Part shown: piece by piece, positions 28,680 to 37,431 of the stretch | How the letters are laid out: each line of letters opens with the position of its first letter | Position numbering within the stretch: the stretch's first letter is position 1 | NCBI GenBank assembly: GCA_964437185.1 | Contig: CAYTFU010000005.1 | Coordinates: 2,528-66,527, forward strand | DNA from: an uncultured Candidatus Saccharibacteria bacterium | Lineage (GTDB): Bacteria; Patescibacteriota; Minisyncoccia; Phycocordibacterales; UBA2100 | Length of the DNA stretch: 64,000 nucleotides | Reading direction: 5' to 3' | The notes under the pieces: generated by a model | Told to the model about the DNA's origin: nothing | What the model saw: the letters and a program-made list of their open reading frames with translations, nothing else | The model's database searches: none | Position numbers and translations under genes: made by a program

Positions 28680-28730
28680 TATATACTGCCAAAAATGGCC
28701 TTTTGCCTCTTTGGCGGTTGGTGGGGAAAG

Positions 28731-31235
28731 TTATTCGACTGTCCCCGCTTCAAACACAACAAACGAAGCGACGGAATCGCCCTCGCGCATTTTCATGATT
28801 CGGACTCCCTGAGTTGCACGAGAGAGCGTGGGGATTTCGTCGAGCCCTGTTCGGATCGTCTGACTCTTCTTCGACATCGCGACAAGCTCACCACCCGGAG
28901 CAAGGACGACTTCTCCTCCTACGAGCTGCTTCGTTTTCGCTGTAATAGACATGGTCTTCATTCCGCCTCCCCCGCGTCCCTGAGTCTTGTATTCGGTCAG
29001 CTTGGTCTTTTTTCCGTATCCTGTAGAAGACAATACGAGAAGTTCAGCGTCCTTCGCACCTTTCGGAACGATGCCCGAGCCGACGATTGAATCGCCGGAC
29101 TTCAGCTTCATCCCGCGCACGCCCGCCGCCTGTCTTCCCATCTCACGTACGTCTTTTGCCGCAAAACGAATCGCCTGCCCCTTCGAGGTCGCAAGCACGA
29201 CGTCGTCGCCAGGGTACACAAACTGCGCGGAAATGAGCGCGTCGCCCTTGTCGAGATTAATCGCGATGAGTCCACTCCGGCGCACCTCGTGGAATTGAGA
29301 CGCGGCAACGCGCTTCACGGTGCCATTCTGTGTCGCCATAAGGAGTGAGAGTCCTTCGACCACTTTTTTCTCTTTTGGCATCGCAAGAATTGAGGTGATC
29401 CGCTCCCCCTGTTCGAGTGAGATAAAATTCATGATCGACTTCCCCTTCGTGGCACGCTTCCCTTCGGGCAAATCGTACATCTTGAGCTGGTAGACCTTTC
29501 CACGGTCAGAGAAGAAAAGGAGGTCGCTATGCGCGCTCGCCGTCAAAAATTGCGTGACGAAATCTTCTTCTTTCGTATCCAAATCGACGACACCAACCCC
29601 TCCGCGCTTCTGTCGACGATACTCTCCGGGGTTGGTGCGCTTGATGTATCCACCTTGCGTGAGAACGAGTACTGATTCTTCATCGGCAATCAAATCTTCC
29701 GCCGAGAGGATGGTTGCGCCGCGCTTCACGATCTTCGTGCGGCGGTCGTCTCCGAATTTCTCGACGACGTCGGTAATCTCTTTCTTGATAAGCGCCATGA
29801 GCTTCTTTTCGCTCTTCAAAAGCGCGGTCAATTCTTCTATGAGCGCTTGTACTTCCTTCAATTCATCTTCGATCTTTTTGCGTTCGAGGCTCGCGAGCTT
29901 CTGGAGTCGCATGTCGAGAATCGCCTGCGCTTGAATCTCAGAAAATTTAAACACCTTGATGAGGCCCGCGCGCGCTTCGTCTACATCCTTCGATTTCTTG
30001 ATGAGCTTGATGATTTCATCAATGTGATCGAGCGCTTTTTTGAGGCCGAGCAATATGTGCTCGCGCGCCTCCGCAACTTTCAGATCGTAACGCGTGCGCT
30101 TGGTGACCACGTCTTTGCGGTGCGCGACGAAGTATTCGAGGAGTGCCTTCAGCGAGAGCGTCTGTGGGACGCCGTCGACGAGCGCGACGACGTTGTAATG
30201 GAACGTTTCTTCGATCTGCGTGTGCTTGTAGAGATAATTTAAAACCGTCTGCGCATTCGCGTTGTTTTTGAGCTCAACCACGATTCGAATATCCTTGGTG
30301 GATTCATCGCGGAGATCGCGGATGCCCTCGAGCTTCTTTTCGTGCACGAGATCGGCGATTTTCGTGAGAAGGTCGGACTTATTTACGCGAAAGGGAATCG
30401 ACGTGATGACGATCTGATAGTCTCCCTTCTTCCCTTCCACAATTTCGGCCTGTCCGCGCACCACGACGCCGCCGCGACCCGTCGCATACGCGTGGGCGAT
30501 GTCCTTCTGATTAAACGCGAGACATCCGGTCGGAAAATCCGGACCCTGCACAAACTGCAAAAGGTCTTCCGTCGTCGCCTCAGGATTGTCGATGAGATGA
30601 ATCGCAGCCCCGCAGACTTCGCGTAAATTGTGCGGTGGAATGTTGGTCGCCATACCGACCGCGATGCCGAGCGTGCCATTCAAAAGCAAATTGGGGACAG
30701 CGGCGGGAAGTACGAGCGGCTCTTGCTTCGTGTTGTCGTAGTTGGGACCAAACGCGACAGTCTCCTTCTCAATGTCGCGCAACATCTCTCCCGCGAGACG
30801 CGACATCTTCGCTTCCGTGTAGCGCATCGCAGCGGCATTATCGCCGTCGATCGATCCGAAGTTACCTTGCCCTACGATAAGCGGATATCGCATGGTGAAA
30901 TCTTGCGCCATTTTCACCATCGCGTCATAGACTGAGGCATCGCCGTGCGGGTGATATTTACCGAGCACTTCTCCCACCACCGTCGCCGATTTGCGCGTCT
31001 TTGCTGATGCGGTGAGGCCGATATCTTGCATCGCGTAAAGAATGCGGCGGTGCACTGGCTTGAGCCCATCGCGCACATCGGGGAGGGCGCGCGCAGTGAT
31101 CACTGACATCGCGTAGTCGAGATACGACTCGCGCATCTCGGTCGTAATGCTTCGCGCGATCACACCACTCGTTCGCACTGGCGCGCTCTCTGCGGGCTCC
31201 TTCTCGTCTTTGCGGCGTGCCATAAGTGACGACAA
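28731..31235 (-). CDS. gyrA: DNA gyrase subunit A
   Basis: 834 aa, [33 protein letters not shown] including the active-site Tyr region, C-terminal beta-pinwheel repeats. Confidence 0.95.
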   Translation of the reverse strand: MSSLMARRKDEKEPAESAPVRTSGVIARSITTEMRESYLDYAMSVITARALPDVRDGLKPVHRRILYAMQDIGLTASAKTRKSATVVGEVLGKYHPHGDASVYDAMVKMAQDFTMRYPLIVGQGNFGSIDGDNAAAMRYTEAKMSRLAGEMLRDIEKETVAFGPNYDNTKQEPLVLPAAVPNLLLNGTLGIAVGMATNIPPHNLREVCGAAIHLIDNPEATTEDLLQFVQGPDFPTGCLAFNQKDIAHAYATGRGGVVVRGQAEIVEGKKGDYQIVITSIPFRVNKSDLLTKIADLVHEKKLEGIRDLRDESTKDIRIVVELKNNANAQTVLNYLYKHTQIEETFHYNVVALVDGVPQTLSLKALLEYFVAHRKDVVTKRTRYDLKVAEAREHILLGLKKALDHIDEIIKLIKKSKDVDEARAGLIKVFKFSEIQAQAILDMRLQKLASLERKKIEDELKEVQALIEELTALLKSEKKLMALIKKEITDVVEKFGDDRRTKIVKRGATILSAEDLIADEESVLVLTQGGYIKRTNPGEYRRQKRGGVGVVDLDTKEEDFVTQFLTASAHSDLLFFSDRGKVYQLKMYDLPEGKRATKGKSIMNFISLEQGERITSILAMPKEKKVVEGLSLLMATQNGTVKRVAASQFHEVRRSGLIAINLDKGDALISAQFVYPGDDVVLATSKGQAIRFAAKDVREMGRQAAGVRGMKLKSGDSIVGSGIVPKGAKDAELLVLSSTGYGKKTKLTEYKTQGRGGGGMKTMSITAKTKQLVGGEVVLAPGGELVAMSKKSQTIRTGLDEIPTLSRATQGVRIMKMREGDSVASFVVFEAGTVE

Positions 31236-31287
31236 TTATAGCAGAAAGCGCCTCTCCCCGCCAGCAAAAAAACGGCCAATGAAAGGC

Positions 31288-31719
31288 CTAAAATGAGGTC
31301 GAACTTGATGCAGATGGCGCTGAATCGCCTCGCAGCGCGCGCATTGCCGCCGCCTCATCACTCTGAAGCTGATCGAAATCGACGGCTGGACTCGTCACTA
31401 CATCAAAGGTTAGCTCAGCAGACCCCTCATCAACAGATGAGGTGGCTGCGGGAAGTACAAACATCGAGGGAAGCGAGGAATCGGCCGGCGGCACACTTCG
31501 CGCAGGAGCGCCAATCGCATCAAAAATCTCCGCGCTCACGGGCCCCAACTCGAGCGAAGACTCCGATGACTGATTCTGAATGCTTCTAAAAAATAAAATT
31601 CCCCACACCAGAATTAATATTCCAATCACTGCAAACGCCGTCGCGCTCGCGACCGCGTGCTTATCTTCGTCGGGCCTCTGCCGCATGTGATGGATTACTC
31701 GACGGACAACCATACACAA
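31288..31719 (-). CDS. hypothetical membrane-anchored protein
   Basis: one TM helix (FAVIGILILVWGILFF), Ser/Ala-rich tail. Confidence 0.35.
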   Translation of the reverse strand: MCMVVRRVIHHMRQRPDEDKHAVASATAFAVIGILILVWGILFFRSIQNQSSESSLELGPVSAEIFDAIGAPARSVPPADSSLPSMFVLPAATSSVDEGSAELTFDVVTSPAVDFDQLQSDEAAAMRALRGDSAPSASSSTSF

Positions 31720-31801
31720 TAGCTTATCAGCTTTTAACCGTCAGTTGAGAGTTATGCAGTGCACATCTTTTCGCGCACTAAAAACTACAAACTATAAACT
31801 C

Positions 31802-32422
31802 CTAACTGCTCAATACAACCACATCATTTTCCTTGCCGGCAAGGTCCCGCGGCTTGATCGTAAGCTTGTCGACGGGCTTTACACTTTCTTCTCCCGCTTC
31901 TTTCTGAAATTGCTTCAGTGATTTGTCGTCGAAGAGAATCGGTATCACGATTTTTGCTTCAAGCTTCACCGCAAGCTTCTGCGCCTCCGCAGGATTCAAT
32001 ACTCCATTGCCACCGATTGGCACGATGAGCACATCGGGCGCATCCATTTCGAGCACATCGCCAGGCAAATCAAGATCGCCGAGCGCGCCGAGGTAGAGAA
32101 TCGACATGCCGTCGAACTTTACTGAGTAAACTGTGTTGATGCGCGGAGTGCCGCCAAAATTTGAGCCTGTGCCAAACCCCGCGACCGTCGATTCTTTAAT
32201 CTCATATTCACCTGGGCCAGAAACGATAAATGGTTGACGCTCGCCTCTCGCCGCCTCATCACTCCCGTTCATATCGGGATGATTAAATGAAATGAATGCA
32301 ACGTCCGCACCAAAGTTGGTTGGCTTAAAATTCTTGGACGCTTTAGAAATCGGCCCAAACACGAGCGTCGTATCCCCCGCACTCGCGCGTATGCATGCAC
32401 CTTCGTGATACGACAATATCAT
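31802..32422 (-). CDS. MBL-fold metallo-hydrolase
   Basis: 206 aa, beta-lactamase-fold blocks (ISFNHPDMNGSD, VLIVPIGG). Confidence 0.6.
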   Translation of the reverse strand: MILSYHEGACIRASAGDTTLVFGPISKASKNFKPTNFGADVAFISFNHPDMNGSDEAARGERQPFIVSGPGEYEIKESTVAGFGTGSNFGGTPRINTVYSVKFDGMSILYLGALGDLDLPGDVLEMDAPDVLIVPIGGNGVLNPAEAQKLAVKLEAKIVIPILFDDKSLKQFQKEAGEESVKPVDKLTIKPRDLAGKENDVVVLSS

Positions 32423-32552
32423 AATGAATTTTACCTAGTGTCGACCAGTATAGCAGAAAGCCTATCCACCGCGAAAACATTGACGGATGAATAGAGAGAG
32501 TAGTTTAGCTGCACGGCGGAACAACTTCCTCCGTCGTAAAAGGAGGGTCGCC

Positions 32553-32600
32553 ATGGCTGAGGGGGCCATTAAGCGACAGTCGAAGAATCACCACAACTGA
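32553..32600 (+). CDS. 15-codon mini-ORF (MAEGAIKRQSKNHHN) with consensus SD, candidate leader peptide
   Basis: AGGAGGG 5 nt upstream of the ATG; followed by a second SD-led mini-ORF and alternative hairpins. Confidence 0.3.
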   Translation: MAEGAIKRQSKNHHN

Positions 32601-32612
32601 AAGGAGGTCACA

Positions 32613-32627
32613 ATGACCTGGACCTAG
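32613..32627 (+). CDS. 4-codon mini-ORF (MTWT) with consensus SD
   Basis: AGGAGG 5 nt upstream of the ATG; Trp codon; embedded in hairpin ggtcacaatgacc. Confidence 0.25.
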   Translation: MTWT

Positions 32628-32668
32628 GTACGATCTTTTCGAGAACAAGTCCCGTTTAATCCGCCCGA

Positions 32669-32720
32669 ACGGGCACTGGGCGGCATCTGTGGGATCCACG
32701 ATGCCGCCTTGAGCTTTTTT
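32669..32720 (+). terminator. Rho-independent terminator
   Basis: ggcggcatc/gatgccgcc 9-bp perfect stem followed by ttgagctttttt; the upstream segment ccgccc (32651..32656) can alternatively pair with gggcgg (32668..32673). Confidence 0.7.
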
Positions 32721-32814
32721 ATATACACAGAAAATCGCAAATCATCATTGACCGCGCGATTCGCCGTTCTAAACTTCTACGAGCTATCTGATCTTTCCAC
32801 AGGTGGCTGATGGT

Positions 32815-32838
32815 GCCGACCTGGGGTCGGCATTTTTT
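32815..32838 (+). terminator. second hairpin plus T-tract terminator
   Basis: gccgacc tgggg tcggc followed by atttttt. Confidence 0.5.
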
Positions 32839-33156
32839 AATTGGAAAGACGGCACCGGAAACCGCAATGGCAAAGAAACAGCCCGAGAAGGAACCTCCTC
32901 GCAAAACCATTTCTCTCTCTACTGGATTTTTTTTCGCGGGCAATGGTGGATTACTTTCGCAATCCATCAAGCGGCGTCCGAAAAAGCCGCCCAAAAAGAA
33001 ATCTTGAGACCGCGCCCGGAAGAGTTGCTAGCCACCGTGCGTAGTGGCGACTCTTCCGGGATTTCGTTTTTTACTCTCCCCCGCATCCCCACTTCACATT
33101 TAAATTCTCCTTGACCAAAAATCACAAAGGACATACGCTCGACTGTGGCAACCTGG

Positions 33157-33168
33157 TCTTTGAATATT
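33157..33168. repeat. 12-bp direct repeat tctttgaatatt, left flank of GC-rich island
   Basis: identical copy at 33818..33829, 661 bp away, at the other edge of the 66% GC segment. Confidence 0.5.
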
Positions 33169-33235
33169 GAAGTCAGGTCGCGGACGTTGGGGGATGTCTC
33201 TCAGCGTTCACTACTCAACCCGCATGGAGGAAAAC

Positions 33236-33724
33236 ATGCGAAAACTTGGATTGGCTACCGTGGCAGGGGCGATGATGCTCGCCTTCGCCATGACGCACGC
33301 GCCCCCTTCGATGGCGCAGTGCATCACCGGCACCAATGCCGGACTTTCCGCGATCAATCCCGGCCCGCCAGTGTTGCCGGAAGCGATCGCGCTGGCTGAC
33401 CAAGCTCCGGTCGGCCAGGCTACCGCGACGGAGTCAACCTTCCTGGGGCAGATTCCGTGGGCGTCCGAAGCCATCGCTCCCCTCGCCGGCAACATGGCGA
33501 AAAGCGCGGTGGTGCCGACTTCCATCACCACCCCGCGCGGTGGCGCGACGGGCCAGGTGATGGTGCGCCTCCCGACAACCACGCAGGCCGATTCGGCTGT
33601 GCATCAACTCGGCGCGGAGGGCTTTATCGGGCCGCCCTCGGCGTTGCAACACGGCGCGGCGATCGTCGGCAACGCGCCGTTCACCAAGATCGCCCTGGTC
33701 GGCCAGATGGCCTATGCTGGCTGA
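33236..33724 (+). CDS. secreted hypothetical protein in 66%-GC island
   Basis: signal peptide MRKLGLATVAGAMMLAFAMTHAPPSMA; GC3-rich codon usage unlike neighbours; start placed at the internal ATG of the 33167..33724 ORF. Confidence 0.5.
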   Translation: MRKLGLATVAGAMMLAFAMTHAPPSMAQCITGTNAGLSAINPGPPVLPEAIALADQAPVGQATATESTFLGQIPWASEAIAPLAGNMAKSAVVPTSITTPRGGATGQVMVRLPTTTQADSAVHQLGAEGFIGPPSALQHGAAIVGNAPFTKIALVGQMAYAG

Positions 33725-33817
33725 TGCAAGTCGCCACCGGTCAGGCACTGATCGCCTGACCAAATAAGGGGGTGCGGCATCGAAAACTATGCTACTCGAT
33801 GTCGCACCTTCCCCCTT

Positions 33818-33829
33818 TCTTTGAATATT
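33818..33829. repeat. 12-bp direct repeat tctttgaatatt, right flank of GC-rich island
   Basis: see 33157..33168. Confidence 0.5.
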
Positions 33830-33989
33830 TTGAGAAATATTTTTCTTGCGCTCACGCAACTCATCATATATAGTATGCGAAGTCCCGATAGGGACTTTAT
33901 TAATTAATAGAGCGTTCGGTAAAGCTTCCTCGCAGACAGTCACGGTAGCGCAACGGTAGCGCAGGCGGGATAGTCCGAACCAAATTACA

Positions 33990-35114
33990 ATGGTAAAAGA
34001 AAAAGAGGAGAAGAAGGTTATTTTAACGGAAGAGAACGAAGTGGAAGTGGCGGCGGTCAAGCAAGGGCCGATGGCGGAGTTGCTTGAGAAATCAGCGACG
34101 CCACCGTCGATGGATGACGTCGTAGAAGGCCCGGTGGTCGCTATCGGCCGCGCGCGAGTTTTCATCGATCTTGCGCCGTTTGGTACGGGAATTATTTATG
34201 GTCGCGAATACCTCTCGGCACGAGAAGCACTCAAAAATGTAAACATCGGCGATACGGTAACCGCGAAGGTCGTCGGATTCGACAATGCAGAAGGGTACAT
34301 CGAAGTCTCGCTGCGCGAAGCACGCCAAGCAGTCATTTGGAATGAGGCTGAGCAGGCGATGCAGAAGAAGACGGTGTTTGAGCTTCCTGTCACCGATGCA
34401 AATAAAGGCGGACTCATCATTACGTGGAACGGCCTTGCAGGATTCCTTCCCGCTTCACAGCTCGCACCAGCGCACTACCCGCGCGTGCCGGACGGAGACA
34501 AAGACAAGATTTTTGTTGAGCTCAAAAAGATGATCGGCACGAAGATCGAGGTCATGGTCATCACCGCAAGCCCGAAAGAGCAGAAGCTTATCTTCAGCGA
34601 GCGTGGCGCAGGTACGACGGAGCGTTCATCACTCGTGGAGAAATATCACATTGGCGATGCGCTCGATGGCGTGGTCACGGGCGCTACGGAATTCGGAGTC
34701 TTCGTGAAGCTCGAAGAAGGACTTGAAGGACTCGTGCACATTTCTGAAATGGATTGGGCTCTCGTCGAGAATCCAAAGACGCGCTATCGCGCAGGTGAGC
34801 ACGTGAAGGTGAAGGTGATCGAGATCAAGGAGGGCAAAATCTCACTTTCGATCAAGGCGCTCATGGATGACCCGTGGAAAGCAGCTGCGGCGAAATACAA
34901 AAAGGATCAGCGTGTCGAGGCAGTTGTCATCAAGTACAACAAGCACGGAGCACTCGCATCGATCGAAGAAGGAGTCGCTGGCCTCGTCCACGTCTCGGAA
35001 TTTGCAAACGAAGAAGATCTTCGCGCGAAGCTCGAGCTCGGCAAGGTGTATCCGTTTACCATCACATTCTTCGAGCCGAAGGATCGTCGGATGACATTGA
35101 AGCCGATCGTATAA
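33990..35114 (+). CDS. rpsA: 30S ribosomal protein S1 (four S1 domains)
   Basis: 374 aa, repeated S1 OB-fold blocks (GxV.G.V..I..FGxFV). Confidence 0.9.
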   Translation: MVKEKEEKKVILTEENEVEVAAVKQGPMAELLEKSATPPSMDDVVEGPVVAIGRARVFIDLAPFGTGIIYGREYLSAREALKNVNIGDTVTAKVVGFDNAEGYIEVSLREARQAVIWNEAEQAMQKKTVFELPVTDANKGGLIITWNGLAGFLPASQLAPAHYPRVPDGDKDKIFVELKKMIGTKIEVMVITASPKEQKLIFSERGAGTTERSSLVEKYHIGDALDGVVTGATEFGVFVKLEEGLEGLVHISEMDWALVENPKTRYRAGEHVKVKVIEIKEGKISLSIKALMDDPWKAAAAKYKKDQRVEAVVIKYNKHGALASIEEGVAGLVHVSEFANEEDLRAKLELGKVYPFTITFFEPKDRRMTLKPIV

Positions 35115-35133
35115 ACGGATCAGAGAAGCAGAA

Positions 35134-35165
35134 AGAGGCCGCCCCCTTGGGGGCGGCCTCTTTTA
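35134..35165 (+). terminator. Rho-independent terminator after rpsA
   Basis: agaggccgccccc/gggggcggcctct 13-bp stem followed by tttt. Confidence 0.7.
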
Positions 35166-35180
35166 ATTGAGGGAGTTGAT

Positions 35181-35194
35181 CTGATTCATCGCGC
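35181..35194. repeat. 14-bp direct repeat ctgattcatcgcgc (degenerate copy of pth 3' end), outer left boundary of cassette
   Basis: identical to 35983..35996, which lies inside the last codons of pth (...RAMNQ); the left copy would encode ...GAMNQ. Confidence 0.65.
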
Positions 35195-35202
35195 CCTCTA
35201 TA

Positions 35203-35242
35203 GTGTTGTTTATAAATTGCTATAGCGTTAAACAAACAACAT
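35203..35242. repeat. hairpin repeat A1 (24-nt core gtgttgtttataaattgctatagc plus imperfect palindromic arms)
   Basis: core identical to 35848..35871; arms tgttgtttat / taaacaaacaaca. Confidence 0.7.
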
Positions 35243-35839
35243 TTAATCGAGAGGCAGTCTGAAATGCCGACGCAGCGGCGCATCAAATTCAATAGCATCT
35301 GCGATGATATAGATAAGCTCTCTACCGATTTTGAGATCGAGCTTTAATAGCGCGACTACCTCCTCACAGTCATACGGAAGAACCCACACGCTATCCTGAA
35401 GCCGAAAAAAACCCATTCTTGAGACGAGTAGTCGAACGCGTTCCCGCAACCCCTTTCTTTTTTCCTCAATATCGAAAATCACGATGCGCCATTTGCGGTC
35501 CCATCGACGAGGCTTTTTGATCTGAGTTTTACCGAGAGAGGCGCGTCGAGCCTCCTGCTCGCCTTTTTGCGTAAGTCGGGGAACATTTCTGCCGTTGAGA
35601 TTTCTGAATTCGATCAGTCCCTTGCGCTTCATTCGAGAGAGGGTCTCCCGCAATCGGCGACGCGGATCTCGCTTACTCATCCAATCGGGATCGCAGTGCT
35701 TCAAAAGCTGGAGCGCATTTGGCGCAGCCATTGCAACAACTGCGATACCCGTCGCCGAGAAGGCGGCAAGTAACATATTTTCTATGTTCACCCGCCTCGT
35801 CCTTTTCTTGGATTCTGATTCCATCCGCCCCACAAGCAC
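35243..35839 (-). CDS. winged-helix-like N-terminal domain fused to a Cas2/VapD-like C-terminal domain (PaaX-like architecture), paralog A
   Basis: 198 aa, GTG start; N-terminal segment NMLLAAFSATGIAVVAMAAPNALQLLKH; C-terminal WRIVIFDIEEKRKGLRERVRLLVSRMGFFRLQDSVWVLPYDCEEV matches the Cas2 core pattern (beta1 hydrophobic-x-x-FD, basic helix, Q-x-SV-F/W); paralog at 57452..58039. Confidence 0.55.
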   Translation of the reverse strand: MLVGRMESESKKRTRRVNIENMLLAAFSATGIAVVAMAAPNALQLLKHCDPDWMSKRDPRRRLRETLSRMKRKGLIEFRNLNGRNVPRLTQKGEQEARRASLGKTQIKKPRRWDRKWRIVIFDIEEKRKGLRERVRLLVSRMGFFRLQDSVWVLPYDCEEVVALLKLDLKIGRELIYIIADAIEFDAPLRRHFRLPLD

Positions 35840-35845
35840 ATCTTA

Positions 35846-35889
35846 ACGTGTTGTTTATAAATTGCTATAGCATGGAATAAACAACACGT
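35846..35889. repeat. hairpin repeat A2, perfect 13-bp-stem palindrome acgtgttgtttat...ataaacaacacgt with 18-nt loop
   Basis: core identical to A1; begins 7 nt upstream of the GTG start of the Cas2-like ORF, so an operator/5'-UTR position. Confidence 0.7.
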
Positions 35890-35973
35890 GAGAAATGGAA
35901 CCGATTATGTGATATGAGAAGGCGGCACTTGGAACGCACTATTGCGAAAGACCGCGTCTCGCCGACTCTGCCT

Positions 35974-36564
35974 TCAATTAAACTGATTCATCGCGCGTTC
36001 GGGGCCTTCGGTCGCAATGATCGCGAGCGCTTTTGAAATTTGTTGGAAAACTTTCTTTAGTTCGATCAGTTCGTTCGCCTTAAACTTTGCGAGAATAAAT
36101 TTTACGACCTCCTGTTCGCCATGAGGTTTATGAATCGCGCCGCCTGCCGTCTTCGGTGAGACGCCGATGCGCACGCGGGTGAACTTTTTGGTCTTCACTG
36201 CACGCATGATTGACTCTACGCCTTTATGTCCGCCGCTTCCGCGATTAAAAGAAAGCTTGATTGTCCCGAATGGCAGGTCGAGATCGTCGTAGAGCACCAC
36301 CATACGCTCGGCCGCCTTCGCACTTTTCACGTACTTCAACACCGCAGAGCCAGATTTGTTCATAAACGTATCGGGAGCGACCAATGTAACGCTCGTTTTT
36401 CCCACAGTACCGCGCGCCACGTGAGCTTTGGACTTCTTATCTTCCCTCCACTCGTCGAATTTTTGCTCATCTGCAAAAAAATCGAGCGCCATGCGGCCGG
36501 CATTGTGCCGTGTCGACTCATATTCCTCACCTGGATTACCGAGACCGACAAATACCCATGCCAT
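35974..36564 (-). CDS. pth: peptidyl-tRNA hydrolase
   Basis: MAWVFVGLGNPGEEYESTRHNAGRMALDFFA N-terminal Pth signature; start placed inside the longer 35974..36687 ORF. Confidence 0.9.
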   Translation of the reverse strand: MAWVFVGLGNPGEEYESTRHNAGRMALDFFADEQKFDEWREDKKSKAHVARGTVGKTSVTLVAPDTFMNKSGSAVLKYVKSAKAAERMVVLYDDLDLPFGTIKLSFNRGSGGHKGVESIMRAVKTKKFTRVRIGVSPKTAGGAIHKPHGEQEVVKFILAKFKANELIELKKVFQQISKALAIIATEGPERAMNQFN

Positions 36565-36794
36565 ATCGAGTAGTTTATAGTTAGTAGTGAAGAGTGGATA
36601 GAAGGAAATTGCAAAAATGCAACGTTCGGTAACTATAAACCAAAAAAAATCTTCTACAAACCACCAATCGCTTTGTGTCAATCCCAAAGGAGATGTAGAA
36701 TGTCGCTCATGACTGATGCAGTGATGTTCGAAAGCTCATCACGAATCGCATTCTCCGTTTTTATTCAGCCCTCCGGCTCTCTCACACGTCGTAT

Positions 36795-37424
36795 ATGAAC
36801 GACGATCGCGCATATGATCAGGCACATCCTGTCCCGCCCGTGGAGGAGTCGACGAAACGCACCGATAGATCGCTCATTGGGTACACTGTCGTCGCCCTCG
36901 GCCTCGCGCTTTTCGTTCGATTCTTCATTGCCGCGCCGTATGTGGTCTCGGGCGCCTCGATGGAGCCCAATTTTCATGACTGGGAGTACTTGATCGTCGA
37001 CAGAATAACCTACGATTTCAGCGAACCCGTGCGCGGTGATGTGGTGATCTTCGATTTACCGCAAAATTCGAGCCGCGCGCTCATCAAGCGCGTCATTGGA
37101 CTCCCGGGAGAGACCGTCACGCTCACCGACAGCAACGTGAGCATCACAAATACTGAGCACCCGGGCGGATTTACGCTCAGCGAACCGTACCTTCGCGCAG
37201 AAAATCTTGGTGGATCCACCGATCAGCAGATCACACTCGGATCGGGAGAATATTTTGTACTCGGAGACAACCGCCGCGTATCCGCTGACTCGCGCTTGTG
37301 GGGCGTTCTTCCCGAGAGCGAAATCGTCGGGCGCGTGCTCTTGCGCTTGTACCCATTCAACGCGATTGATCTTCTTCCCGAGCAAGCACGATACGATCAA
37401 GACGCGCCGCGCGCACAACAGTGA
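36795..37424 (+). CDS. lepB: signal peptidase I
   Basis: VVSGASMEPNF (catalytic Ser region), KRVIGLPGETV, VLGDNRRVSADSRLWG boxes. Confidence 0.85.
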   Translation: MNDDRAYDQAHPVPPVEESTKRTDRSLIGYTVVALGLALFVRFFIAAPYVVSGASMEPNFHDWEYLIVDRITYDFSEPVRGDVVIFDLPQNSSRALIKRVIGLPGETVTLTDSNVSITNTEHPGGFTLSEPYLRAENLGGSTDQQITLGSGEYFVLGDNRRVSADSRLWGVLPESEIVGRVLLRLYPFNAIDLLPEQARYDQDAPRAQQ

Positions 37425-37431
37425 TACTCAT

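Noticed and set aside
32500-32720. SRP RNA / 6S RNA / tmRNA in the mini-ORF region
   Set aside because: gacctggacctaggt superficially recalls the SRP domain-IV AGGUCAGGUCC, but the order and pairing do not fit. No tmRNA tag-reading-frame or T-arm is present. I kept it as an attenuator-like element instead.
33157-33829. Treating the 12-bp direct repeat alone as proof of insertion
   Set aside because: Dozens of 12-mer pairs are expected by chance in 64 kb. It is reported only because both copies coincide with the compositional boundaries, and the finding is framed as a hypothesis needing junction or coverage checks.
33434-34165. 243-aa ORF on the minus strand
   Set aside because: It runs antisense through the GC-rich secreted-protein gene and the rpsA start. 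GC-rich DNA produces long spurious antisense ORFs, and the ORF has no motif.
35203-35889. Possible CRISPR array associated with the Cas2-like genes
   Set aside because: There are only two repeat copies per locus. They are hairpin-palindromic, separated by a whole gene rather than 30-40 bp spacers, and no cas1 or other cas gene is present. This is not a CRISPR array.
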